Shown one piece after another: positions 35,300-47,300 of a DNA stretch of 64,000 nt. The DNA is from Balanoglossus misakiensis (Eukaryota; Animalia; Hemichordata), in NCBI GenBank assembly GCA_040954595.2, contig CM082577.2, forward strand, positions 13,027,903 through 13,091,902, written 5' to 3'. Under the pieces are notes generated by a model that searched no databases, had not been told where the DNA came from, and was given only the letters and a program-made list of their open reading frames with translations. The translations under genes were made by a program, and so were the position numbers. The stretch's first letter is position 1, and each line of letters begins with the position of its first letter.

Positions 35300-35975
35300 A
35301 TTTGACCTTAAATAAACCCAAGGAAATTCTCATTGAAATTAAAACTTTCAACTCCACCCTTTATACTGAAGAAACTTTAGGAGATCAACAAAATGGTTAA
35401 ATGGTATAGAGACCCTCTACTTAATGAGGAAACACAGCATCTTGTGAGGAACTGTTGAGCATAGGGGAAGCATTTCATATGATGGCCTCAATGAAGCAAA
35501 ACAAAAGCCCAGGAAATGATGGCATTACGGTAGAATTTTACAGAGCTTTCTCGCCATCGGTAGGGAAGCTACTGGTAGATTCCCTAAATTACGCATTTGA
35601 ACATGGGGAATTCTCTGTCTCTCAGAGACAGCGTATGATCACACAAATAGAACAAACTGGACGGGACCCGGACCGTTGAATGCTTAAAAACTAGCGCCCT
35701 ATCTCTTTAATGAATGTCAACATTAAAATTGCGTCAAAGTGCTCAGCAAAGTGCCTGGAGAAAGTTCTGCCAGTAGTGATTGGTCCAACGCAAGCAGCGT
35801 TTGTGAAGGGACGCAATATCAATGATTATGTAAGGCTTATAGATGAAATTTACCAATATACCAAAGAAACCAACATGGGTGCTTTACGTCTTGCAATAAT
35901 GTTTCGAAAAAGCTTTTGACACAGTGAGCTGGACCCTTTTATTCAAAACTCTTCAGAAATTCAACTTTGGCCACA
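35300..35975 (+). mobile_element. Degenerate L1/Tx1 RT N-terminal fragment
   Basis: KSPGNDGITVEFYRAF, RPISLMNVNIKIASK, QAAFVKGRNI and a frameshifted FEKAFDTVSW. Confidence 0.85.
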
Positions 35976-36283
35976 ACACCAAAAAATAAATGTAATGTCA
36001 ATTTGATGAAACTTGGTATAAACATTCTATAATATTATACCTCTTGAAATATGAAATACAAAATAGGGGTCACCATTTCCGTTTTCATGGAAACGGAGCA
36101 TGAAAAGTACTCCTTAAGGACCTGAAAAATGTTCATTTGAAATAAAGGTTCATATTATCGGTACTTAAGAAAAAAAATCAATTTAGAGAATGGATACTTT
36201 AACAAACTCGTCTTTTCAGACTCTTGACCGTCAATCATAGAACAAAAAATAATTTGATATACATATGATGGGGAGTTGAGAAT

Positions 36284-36879
36284 AATAGAATCTCACACTC
36301 CCAAGGACCTGGGATCGTATTTCTCACACTCGTCGGGGATTTTTTGTCCCACACGAGTCGCAGGCGAGTGTGGGATAAAATATCTCCGACGAGTGTGAGA
36401 AATAAGTTCCCAGGTCCTTGGTGTGTGAGATTCTATTTCTCACATGACCACAAATTTGCGATATTCACGTTTATTTACAATAAAAGAATTAAATCTATAA
36501 AATACCCACTGATAACTGCAAAACATAGTCCCCATTTCATCACGAGTTTACAGTACACACATGCTATAATAATGTGCTCAACACATTAACATACGGAGAT
36601 GGTTTCCAGTGGCATAAATTCGCGCGATATCTAGAAAATACAACTGTTTTTAGCGAGTCTGTCACCAACCATGTACACCACTGTCGTCTGCACATGACCT
36701 GATCACATTGTAGTTCCAGTTTGTGTACAAAACATCACATAATTGAATAAGATGTGCTCGTTCTGAGGGGTACTAATATCATTATCCAATCAGAGCTCGT
36801 GTCATTAACACAGAGTGTGGGATCGATTTGATCCCACACTCTCTATCCCACACTCCCAGCAGCCAGGAGTGTTAGAAAA
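36284..36879 (-). mobile_element. Hairpin-ended non-autonomous element
   Basis: Hairpin at 36284-36437 with minus-strand loop CTCG-cctgcga-CTCG; short inverted repeat ttctcaca / tgttagaa (~36870). Confidence 0.6.
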
Positions 36880-39790
36880 TGAAGATTTCATGCTTATCTC
36901 ATGCTACTTTCAACTTATGTGTCAAATCCATGAAATTTCATAAATGAAACTTAACTGCATGCTCATTATTATACAAAATAATTAAAAATGGGGAGTCACC
37001 ACACTAATTTTAAAGATATATCTAGATTTCTAACTTGGGGTTACTGAATAATTCATTTCCAATAGCATTTTAAACGCTTGTGTTGAAAAAAAATAAGTAG
37101 CCTATGGGGTCACGTTCATGGGGGGGGGGGGGGTCAAAGGTCCATGGGTAATCTTCATACTGATATAGAAGTGAGATGTCTACACAAATGCATACTCATG
37201 TAATAACCCTATAATCTTGTTTTTACAAGGCACCCCAGTATAGTGATTATTGGCTGACCTGAAATTCTGTCATGCTAGGGAGTTAAATTGCACAGACGCG
37301 TATGCGCAAGGGAATTCAGCGTACCTAACCTTAAGAAGGTTACCCAATAAAAATACCTTAAATACAAAAAAAATGTTATTCAAAAAATGCCTGGATTTAT
37401 GTCTGAGTACATCGTACATTAGACTGGAGCTACATGTAGGACTAATAATAGACACAGTTGCTATAGCTTCCAGAAATATTTGATCGAGTTCTTTATACCT
37501 CTTTCCTCTTCCAGACACATCTTTCCTCTTCAAGAAACTGGCAAGCCAAAATGCTCAGTTCATCAAGCCATTTTTCAAAAGTCAGAATACCGTAATGTCA
37601 TTGAAGACGAGAGATAGGATGTTCTGACTGGGGAAAAATCACATGCAATGCAGATTTATCATGTCTATAATCAATTTATTATCAAAGATAAAGAGTTGTT
37701 CACATTTCTTTCATGATAACTGCACAGGAAACACCAATATACAAAAAATTGAATTGCAATTTTAATTTCCATGGCAGTAAGAACAATTGTACAATATTAA
37801 CAATTCTCCAATGAACATACTATATAATTATATATATTGAACTGATACATCTCAGAAGAAAAATTTCGGGTCTGAAATAATACGGCACATGATGTTACAT
37901 GGTGCGTCTAAAATTTAAATTTGTCAAAACTTTAATGTGTTCTCTTCAATAGATTGGCAGATACCTTGTCATCATTTTCACTTAAATGGTAGCTCTGAAT
38001 ATAGGTTCGAACATATGTGAACACATGCTGGAATAATACAAAATGTACTGTATAGAGTACATCTAAATGAATATCCACTTTAATTATAGTAGCAGCTGTA
38101 TACAGCAACCACAAGCGAGATATTCTTGAATGAAGGGAGAATGCTACTTGGTCATGTTTTTTGTAAACTTATAACACTCTAAGATAGCAATTCAAAAAAA
38201 AAAATATGCCTTTTACATCATTTGCAAGTAACCTTTTCTTTTTCTGGAATGATGCAAGACAGGAAAATTAAGTCATAAGACACTGTCCAACCTAACAAAA
38301 CCCATCTAAAAGTACTTTAATCTATTTACCCACAAACACATGTTATACTTCTGATTCAAAATTCCTAATAAGTGTACCCTACAAGTGACACCAGTGATTG
38401 TTCTAAACATAAAGTTAGAAACAAACCACTTAATGTTATAATCCAAATTAGCATAATATTTTAAATATAGCATGTTGTTATAGGGTGTTTTACTATATAA
38501 CTGACCAAAATATTAAATGCACAGTTAATCCTGTGTGTATTTTAATAAAAAATGTACTCAACCATTAGAGTATCAAATTTAATGGCTCTGTATCTCAATC
38601 ACGAAATGGTATTAAACTTTCCTCAGCATAATACCAGATCAATGGAGCAATCTGACTTTAAAATATGGAAATCTTATCAGGTATTCCTAGCGAAGGTACA
38701 ACAAACATATTACATAGACTTTTTCAGGACACGGTATATTGACCTTCCAACTGACAGGACAAAATAGAAATTCATGGTTAATAAAATAGTATAAGAGCTC
38801 CATGAGCATAGTCATACTCGTCAAAAAATGTAGAAAATGCTACACAAAAAACAACAACACTTCAAATATTTTTGTAAACCATTTGTCACGATTTGCAAAC
38901 ATGGTTCATGCATCACACTTGACATGTGGATTATATACCGGTATGTTTAGGAAACTATTTCAGCACACAGACTTTATATGTAGATCTTCTGTGGAACTAC
39001 ATTCCAGCCAGCCACTTCTAGTAAATGTACAATATACACTCTAGTCAGATATGTTTCAAAATAGTCAACTCCACTATAAAAGAAAACCCTGAAAACGTCA
39101 ATCTCTCACCATATGTTATTGATGATAAGTCAACAAAAAAGCAAGCTTAATGATTGCCATACACAAACACACCATTGAATACAATTTAAAATGATACAAC
39201 GCATTTCACACACACATGGCTATACAAAATGTTGAGAATCAGTATACTTATACAATATGAATCCTAAACATAAAAAAATCAAATTTCATTTATAAACATT
39301 AATATTATATCGACTTCTCACATCCACTGTTGTATCTGCATGTAGCCTGTTAAGTACAAAGATTCCCCAAAACAATCCTGTTTATAAGTCTGCTACAAAA
39401 ATAATTTTCCACATTCCCATTGCAGTTATAAGATTGTCATCGTTCTTTACTGCAAAAGTTTTTACTGCAAACTTTATAACAAATCCTGAATGTTTCAACA
39501 TAAAAAGCAAAAACATCTGCTAATAATCACAATACGGAGCATCCAAATGAATGAACCAACAACTTTGATAAGTGCGGTGGACAAAGGGTGCTGGGTCAGG
39601 GGAATGCTTAACATGCATTATTGTGGTCAAAAGAAAGTATTGTTGTTTTAAGCCTTCAGTTTGGACATTGGCTTCATAGTCATACTAGTATTGCATCAGC
39701 CATGCAGTAAAATGTTTTGTTATTGTCTCCAAACAAGTTGTCTGTTTCTTGTATTGCTACCTGCCACAGAGTAGGTTTCCCTCATGCCGT

Positions 39791-42700
39791 TTACTGTTTG
39801 GCGCATTTCTCACAAAGCCACAGACATTTACCCCCTTTGTCAACAGCATACAGCAAACCAAATTGTTGTACATGTTTCTCGTCTGGTATCTTAAGAAACT
39901 CTCCAAGTTTATTACGGTCTAATCTGCGTGGTTCCTTTAACTCCTCTACTAGTTTAGGAGTGTCTGCACGTTGGTGTTTCTCTAACTCACCATACACTTC
40001 AAGGAAATCTTGAAGTAACTTTGCCAAGCCTTTTTTACGGGTTTCCACATGCTTGTTAGCAATATATGCGCAAATTCTGTGCTCAGCAGGCACTTCATAA
40101 TTTACATTTTCTGGAGGGTCAATCGATGACATGACCTTTAAAACCTGGCAAACGCGAGGTCCATAATCCTCGATGAACTCAGTCAACTTGTCAACTCTGT
40201 GTCCTGGGCCATCAACAAAGTGCCATTCGCCTGGATTTTCACAAACGAAATGAACAACAAATCCATCACGGACACTTGTTGTTGTCTGTGCTAGAGACAG
40301 TAAGTTTCCTGTGTTTACTGGAAGGATGGTGAAAAGTTTGGGACATTCTGTTTCGTCAATTAACTGAATTCTCCTTCTGATAGTCTTCACAACATTACGG
40401 GTTTCTAATATGTAACTAGGTGAGCGAAGGCCTTCAAATATATGCTCAACCTGTTGAAATTTGTGACTTCTGTCTATGGGGCATACCTTCTTGATATCTG
40501 CATTGTCAATGTCAAATTCGCCTGGTTTAAATTCCCTATTCAGAACACAAAAACCGCAAAGAATTCGACTTTCTACCGCCAAACCAGAGTAATTTCCACT
40601 GTCTAAAATCCTGTGAACAAGATACTCAAAGCCTGACAAAAAGCAACATGGTTTGTCACCCCTCGCAGTGAGAATTATCCGATTACTAGCATAATTGCAC
40701 TCCACAAGAGCCGAATGGGCTGAATCTGGAAGTTGTGTTTCAACTGATGTTGACAAATTGCCTTTTGCTTTAGACACACATTTGTGACATGCTCTTATAA
40801 CCTTACCTTCTACGACAATATAGTTTTTGAAGTATTGTGGGGATTCACTGCACATGTCATTTTTCCTTGCATCGATATCTGCGATAATTTCACTGAACAA
40901 GGTTGGTGGAATAAATGACAGTTTGTACTGCTTTGTCAACTGCAGTTCATTTTCATCGGGGTAGGGTGGCCAAACTAACTCCGATGGCTTGAGAGCAGGT
41001 AACTGACATGGGAAAAGCAGGCTACTGTATTCTTGCTCATTACCTTCTGAGTGATCATTTACAGAATCAACTGGTAGACATATTTTCATCTCAATGAACA
41101 AGCTAATCAGAGCCTTACGGTGATCAAAACCAAACTTTGTCCATGCTTCAGGAAGACATTCTACTTTTACAATGCCACTGCTGTCTGTGTAGCTGGCCTG
41201 ATAACTAATCACACTGCGTAGCATTTGTGCAAGCCACTGGGGGTCTGGATAACCATTGCTTTCAGATCGGGAGATCGACATTTACTGTAATAAAGAAGAT
41301 CACCTTGGCAATTCAAATAGCTGGTAACATTCTTAAAAGACTTGTCATCCTTCTTTGAACATATACGGTGTTCTTTTGCCCTTTCAAAATATTCGTCAAA
41401 TTTTAGAATTGGTGGTTTCCCTTCCCCTACTTTCTGACGAACAATATTTTTCAGGGTACCACGAAATGTTGCCCACAAAGAAGGAATATCAGGCTGTAAA
41501 GAGAGAAATCTTTTAGCCTCTCCTTGAATGGCTACCTTGACTTGCTCAACACTTTGATTCTTTGAGCCCACCTGTTGACGTGATTTTGACTTAATGCCCA
41601 CTTCATAATATCCCACAATATGTGGGAAACGGATATCACTTTCTTCTTCAAATGGTTCTTCATATTCTTGTAAATTGAGGTCAACCATTGAAAAACCTGG
41701 AACTCTCTTATGGGGCGTCCGTTTAATTTGCCTCGGGTGACATATTAGACAATTGTCAACCAACTTCCCATTATGTATTGTCGTGTGCATTTTGACAGCA
41801 CTGAATAGGAGAGTTTGAAACTGTTCCCAGATTTTCTCTGCTCCACCATCCTTAACTTCATCGGCATGTGTTCCAATGAGTATGACACGTGAATTTGGGG
41901 CTTGACCACTTATTGTTTGCAGCCACAGACAAATTCTACCTAACTGATGGATGAGGCTTGCTTTGCTGTAAGCTTTGGTAATCATAAATTTGCTGAGATC
42001 AAACACCAACAGGAACAGTGTATTATCTGTCAAGTACAATGAATGTGTCTCCAAGAAGTCAACATCACCAGCAAAGTCAAAACACTTAACTTTTACATGA
42101 CGCTGTGATTCGTCTTGTACTGATACACATCTTCGAAACAGTCCCCCTTTGGCTTTGTCAGGAAATGAAATCTCTGAAATTTCAATTCCATCAGTTTTTC
42201 CCTCCTTTCTAGTCACATTGCGCATTGCATTAACCAGAGTTGTCTTACCAACTTCCTCATGACCCACAATTACAATTTTCACATATTCATTTGGTACTGC
42301 TTGTTTTGTTATAAACTCTTTCAAAAAGGCAAGAACTGCTTCTTTCCCCTCACTTAGAATATCAATGGGCACATTAATGATTGGGTTGCCATCAATCATG
42401 AACTCGATCATGTAAGTGTCTCTTATTCCCAAGGAAATGGGAATCTTTTGCAATTGGTTGTCATGAGCAACAAAAATAGACAAACCTGTCTTGGAGCCAA
42501 TATCGTCTTGCAAAGAAATTAGGCCATGATTGTTATGTATGTACAAAGCTGTTAGTTCTTGGCATTTGATGTCAATACTTGCCACTGACCGCATGCTTTC
42601 TTTTCTGTCTGACTTTTGTTTTCGTTTGCTTCCTTTGGAAGGCTTTACAAGTTTACAATGGCTGACATTGATCACTTTAGATTCAGTAGACCCAACACTT

Positions 42701-43095
42701 ATGATCAGTGACAGTGTTGAAGTTACATCAATCAGACAAAGAACTGAGATACTCTTCCCACTGACCCAATTCATTACAGGTTCTTTCTCGAATGCTAGTA
42801 CATTGAAGATAATTAATTTATCTTGGACACATTTATCACCCTGCCTTGCATCAATGATACTCTTCAATTCCCCCATCTCGATGTTTCCTACAATCAATGA
42901 CTTTAAGTTGTAGGTTTTGATTAATTCTACAATATTTAGTGGTGTAGAGCCAATAATCATTGCAGACACTTCACTATTTTTACATGATAGTGTAATACCA
43001 TGCTTAGCTTTAGGGTTGGATGCTTCAATCACTTTAGTACCATTTTCTGCATCGATGAAGATATATCCGATGTGAGCAAGATCCCCCAGACTCTC
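39791..43095 (-). CDS. Last exon of a Roco gene: degenerate LRRs + ROC GTPase + COR + C-terminal domain, no kinase; 1-bp frameshift at ~41247
   Basis: tctgcag| acceptor in phase 0. LRR cap DGNPIINVPIDILSEGKEAVLAFL, P-loop GHEEVGKTT, TDGIEI, DFAGD, ILIGTHAD, and COR GDLLYY..MVI/DPQWL split across ORFs 41209-43032 and 39791-41281; ends WLCEKCAKQ*. Confidence 0.9.
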
Positions 43096-43417
43096 CTGCA
43101 GACAGGAAAGGAAAAAATATGTTTAGTTTACAATGGAAAATAAATATTAGTAAGGCTGTATGTTTGCTTTTGTTTGGAATACTGCCAAGTTCTTACAGAG
43201 AAAAAATATGAAAGTAATGATGCTGTTTCTGTATCTTTGGAATCAGTTTCCTAAAAAGAAACATAGAACTTAATTTGCTGGGACATATTTTTTATGTTCC
43301 TACTTCTGGCTTAATATATTCACATAAGAAGTGAAGAAAATATCAACCATCTACTTGGTGGCTGTATAACTACATTTCAAAGTTCTCCACAATATGTTTG
43401 TTACTGAGAAGACTTAA

Positions 43418-43652
43418 AGGGAAGCAATCGTCGCGCCGCATGGGTGTCCCCCCTGATGAGAATATGTCCTCCAATTCCAGCGCAAACCCCACTGCAGTCG
43501 CTAGGACCTACTAGGATCTTCAGTTGCTGTCATGCCCAGGCCATGCTATAGCTGGCTGCTTCATTCATTCTAAGAATGATCTAATTTCAGGGATTCGTTG
43601 ATGAGTTGTGATGTTTATGAACAAACGAACGCAGCGCGACGACCGCTTCACT
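43418..43652. mobile_element. Small TTAA-type MITE
   Basis: ttaa-agggaagcaatcgtcgcgccgc ... gcagcgcgacgaccgcttcact-gtaa, imperfect TIRs. Confidence 0.5.
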
Positions 43653-44388
43653 GTAAAGAACAATATGCCAGTTTCTGACGAAAATATATGTGAACGTCAC
43701 CAACCAAATAAGAACTGAATTTGCTTGCCTGGTTTGATGTTAAAGACCGAAAATATGCAAATATGCAATGACTTATCATTAAAATTGCCCCTGTATTACA
43801 TTACAACTAGTATCTTTCATACTGTTCTCGCTATATGAATAATTGCCAATGATCTAGTACCCACTGACCAACAGACCAGTAGAACAATTAAATCCTTGAT
43901 GAATTTAAGTCACAGCATGTTTGTGTCGAGGACAGTGTGGTCCCATTTAGGGATTACACAGGAAAAAGTTGATACTGATATACACTGGTACACACACATA
44001 CAGGCAGGCAGATAGACATACATAGAGCCAGATCAACAGGCAAACACTGACTGACCCATAGGCTGCCAATGGTCTGTGTACTGTACATATACACCAAATA
44101 AAACAGCTGGTCTTTCGACATTTGGACTAAGTTATATTTCCAGCTCAATTGCATATTTTGGGCAAAATGACTTAATTAAAACTTAATTTGAACAAAACTC
44201 AATCTACAGCCCGGCTTGCATCTACACACCAAAGTGGAAGCCATGTAGCATATTAATGTGCATATGTTCATCTAAGTACTGTATACTGTCAACTAAGTAA
44301 GCTGAAATTAGTTATGCATGTTCAAATAATGGCTATGGACATGCGAAAATCAATATAATCAGTGGCCATAATTTTATCAGAAAATTAC

Positions 44389-47300
44389 CTTATACTTTGC
44401 TGTTAAATATCCACCTGCTTCTAGTAATAGTCTTAAACAGAGAACACTCTCAATTCGACGACTTTTATAACTATCCTTCCACTTGTCAATAAGCAGATCC
44501 AGAGGAGAACGGTCTTCCTAGAAATGCAAAATACACACTGAAATTGTTAGAATTGTGTAATGCAAGTCCTTAAAATAGGAATAATGTCAATATAAATTCT
44601 TTTAAGGGGTATTGCATGAAACCATCAAGACTTTTTCAGAGGCCTATTTCTCATCAAAGACAACGTAAAACGTTAAAACCCTGATAAACTATCATATTCC
44701 GGAAGCTGAGTTTTTGAACTTTGTTTTAGTTACATATTTTATTGACCCCCGGAAATGGAGGCATTTTGGTGTTACAAAAACCCATTTTTTGATATTATGT
44801 CATTCAATTGGAATTAGGTAAAACAAGTTGACCATGCATCCTGCATCTTAATATGTCATTTGAAACTACAGTACATGTGCAAAATTTTGTTTTGCGTTAT
44901 CTGCTTCCATTGAGGAGTAACAGCGTTTGCAAGTTAGATTTTTAGAAAATTTAATGAAATTCACGATGAGTTGTATTGAATCAAAGTTTATTCCCACCAC
45001 ACTTTTATCAACTACAATTTTTGTCGAATTGTTGGATTGGTCGTACATAATCACGTGTTTAAAATTTGAGCCCATTCGGCCAACACAGAGCGAAGCTAAT
45101 TAGGTCTAAAGTTGTCAAAAGTGGCGGAAATGCAAACTGAGAAAAACTGCAATTTGCATTGTTGACACCTATTTCTTCAGCTGTGGACTCATTCAGAAAA
45201 GTGCTATTTTGGGGTGATTATGCACCATTTCCGCCAAGATGCATTTGTCAGAATGTGGGTCAGTATTAAACCTACGATTTATGTAAAAAAGGAAACAGTG
45301 AAGGTAAAAATCACAACTTTACACACAATACCACCTTAAATCCCGCTATGGAACTTTTTGCATTTATTCATGAAGCGGCTATTGTCCGAAGTAAAATAAT
45401 ACAAATTTCACAGGTTTAAAAAATGAAGGTATTTTCTACTATCCTTCACACAAAATAGTAACAATTTGCTTTCTCCAACAAAAACTGTGCACAATTTTAC
45501 AACAACTTTAAGAATCTGACTAAGGTCATCCATAGGAATCCCACTACCAAAGTTAGAAGTTATCACACCAATAGTTTCAGAGAAAAAGAAAATTGTTGAT
45601 ATATTCATGATAGACAATGTTCACATACATACATACATACATACAGACATACATACATGCATACATACATACATACATACATACATACATACATACATAC
45701 ATACATACATACATACATACATACCGATACAACCAACCAAACAACTTACCGAATCCTTTACTGTAAGGCTTGCCTGATTTTCAATAAGAAACTTGACAAG
45801 TTTACTGAAAGGATATTCATTACTCCCACAGATGCCACCCAGTGTGGTGTGAAGTGCAGTTTTATTTTCCTGTAATGACAATATAATGTTACACAGGATC
45901 CAAACAGGGACACACTTCATCATAGTTGTGACAGAATGTTTTTGTGCCAATTTGAGTCTACAAAACTTTGAATATAAGACAATCACTAAAAAAGATTACA
46001 AACTACAATGCATGACATTTTGATTAAAAGCAGGCTAAATTGCCCTTAGCTTGTAGACTCTAGTGTGCAATAAATCTGATTTGTCATATGCTCATGGCCA
46101 TTTAACACTGCAACTGATATTTCACATTAAATATTGTGATATTCACTTGAACAATCATTGGTTGTTGAGCTTATTTATGGAAGCATATTTATAAAAACGG
46201 CTGAGATAAAAAGGCAAACTTGTGCTAAATCATCGTAGTTCACCATTTGCCACATATTCAACATATTCAACAATTTTAACATAGAACACACCAGGTGGGA
46301 CAGGAATTTGGAGTAGAAATTGTTTTAAACAGACTGAAGGACAGACTGTGGATGGGTGGACAGATTGGTCTGTGTACATGGCGACTTCATATATAGTTAC
46401 CTTGTCAAATGCATTCACATCTATCCCTTTCTCAACTAGATGCCTCATAATACACAAATTTACATCTATCTCTATGTCTGATGAACAGCAAGTATGCAGT
46501 GCCGTCTCCTTGACCTTTGAAATGAAAAGAAAAAATAGAATTATTATTTTAAGCATTACTGAAACTGTTGCCTCTATCAGATTTGCATTTTTATGCAAAA
46601 TGAAATATTACATTTAACAAGAGCTAAACATTTTCAAGATCACCTTACCTTATTTTTTGCATTTACTTTCGCTCCAGCATCAATCAAAGTCTTTACTGCA
46701 CCTAAGTCTCCTTCCTTACAAGCAAGTTGCAATGGTGTAAGCCCATTCTTCAATGTAAAAAAACAACCATATACAACAAAAGGTTAGTGCATTATTAACA
46801 GTATGTATTGCTGAAAAACTACATTATCACAGACTTTAAATTTTGATCAAATTGTTACAAATAGTTGGTGGAAGAATTATATCTATGTTACAGTTAACCT
46901 ATGGAAATGTATTACTGATTATTTATAGTGGAAATGTCTTAATAAATATTTTGACCAAAATATTGACCTTGATTTAATTTTAGTGTCCCTAAAGTTGACT
47001 GTTGCATAAAACCAGATAATCTAGGAAAACTATATAAAGGGAAAAGGCATTCTTTTTACCCATTTTACTGTACGTAAAAGAGATAAGTTTATTTGTGACC
47101 TTTAGACAAAATGCCTATTGCACTTTGCAACCAGCAAAACGATACTTGTGCCTATCTTAAAAACAATTTTTGAAAATTAAAATAGGAATAAATACTTGTT
47201 ATATAAATGAGTTCCTGTTGTTTATGATTAAAGATCCCACATGGAACTTTTAATTGATATTAAATGAAAAAAAAACCAACAACAATAATTACAAACTTAC

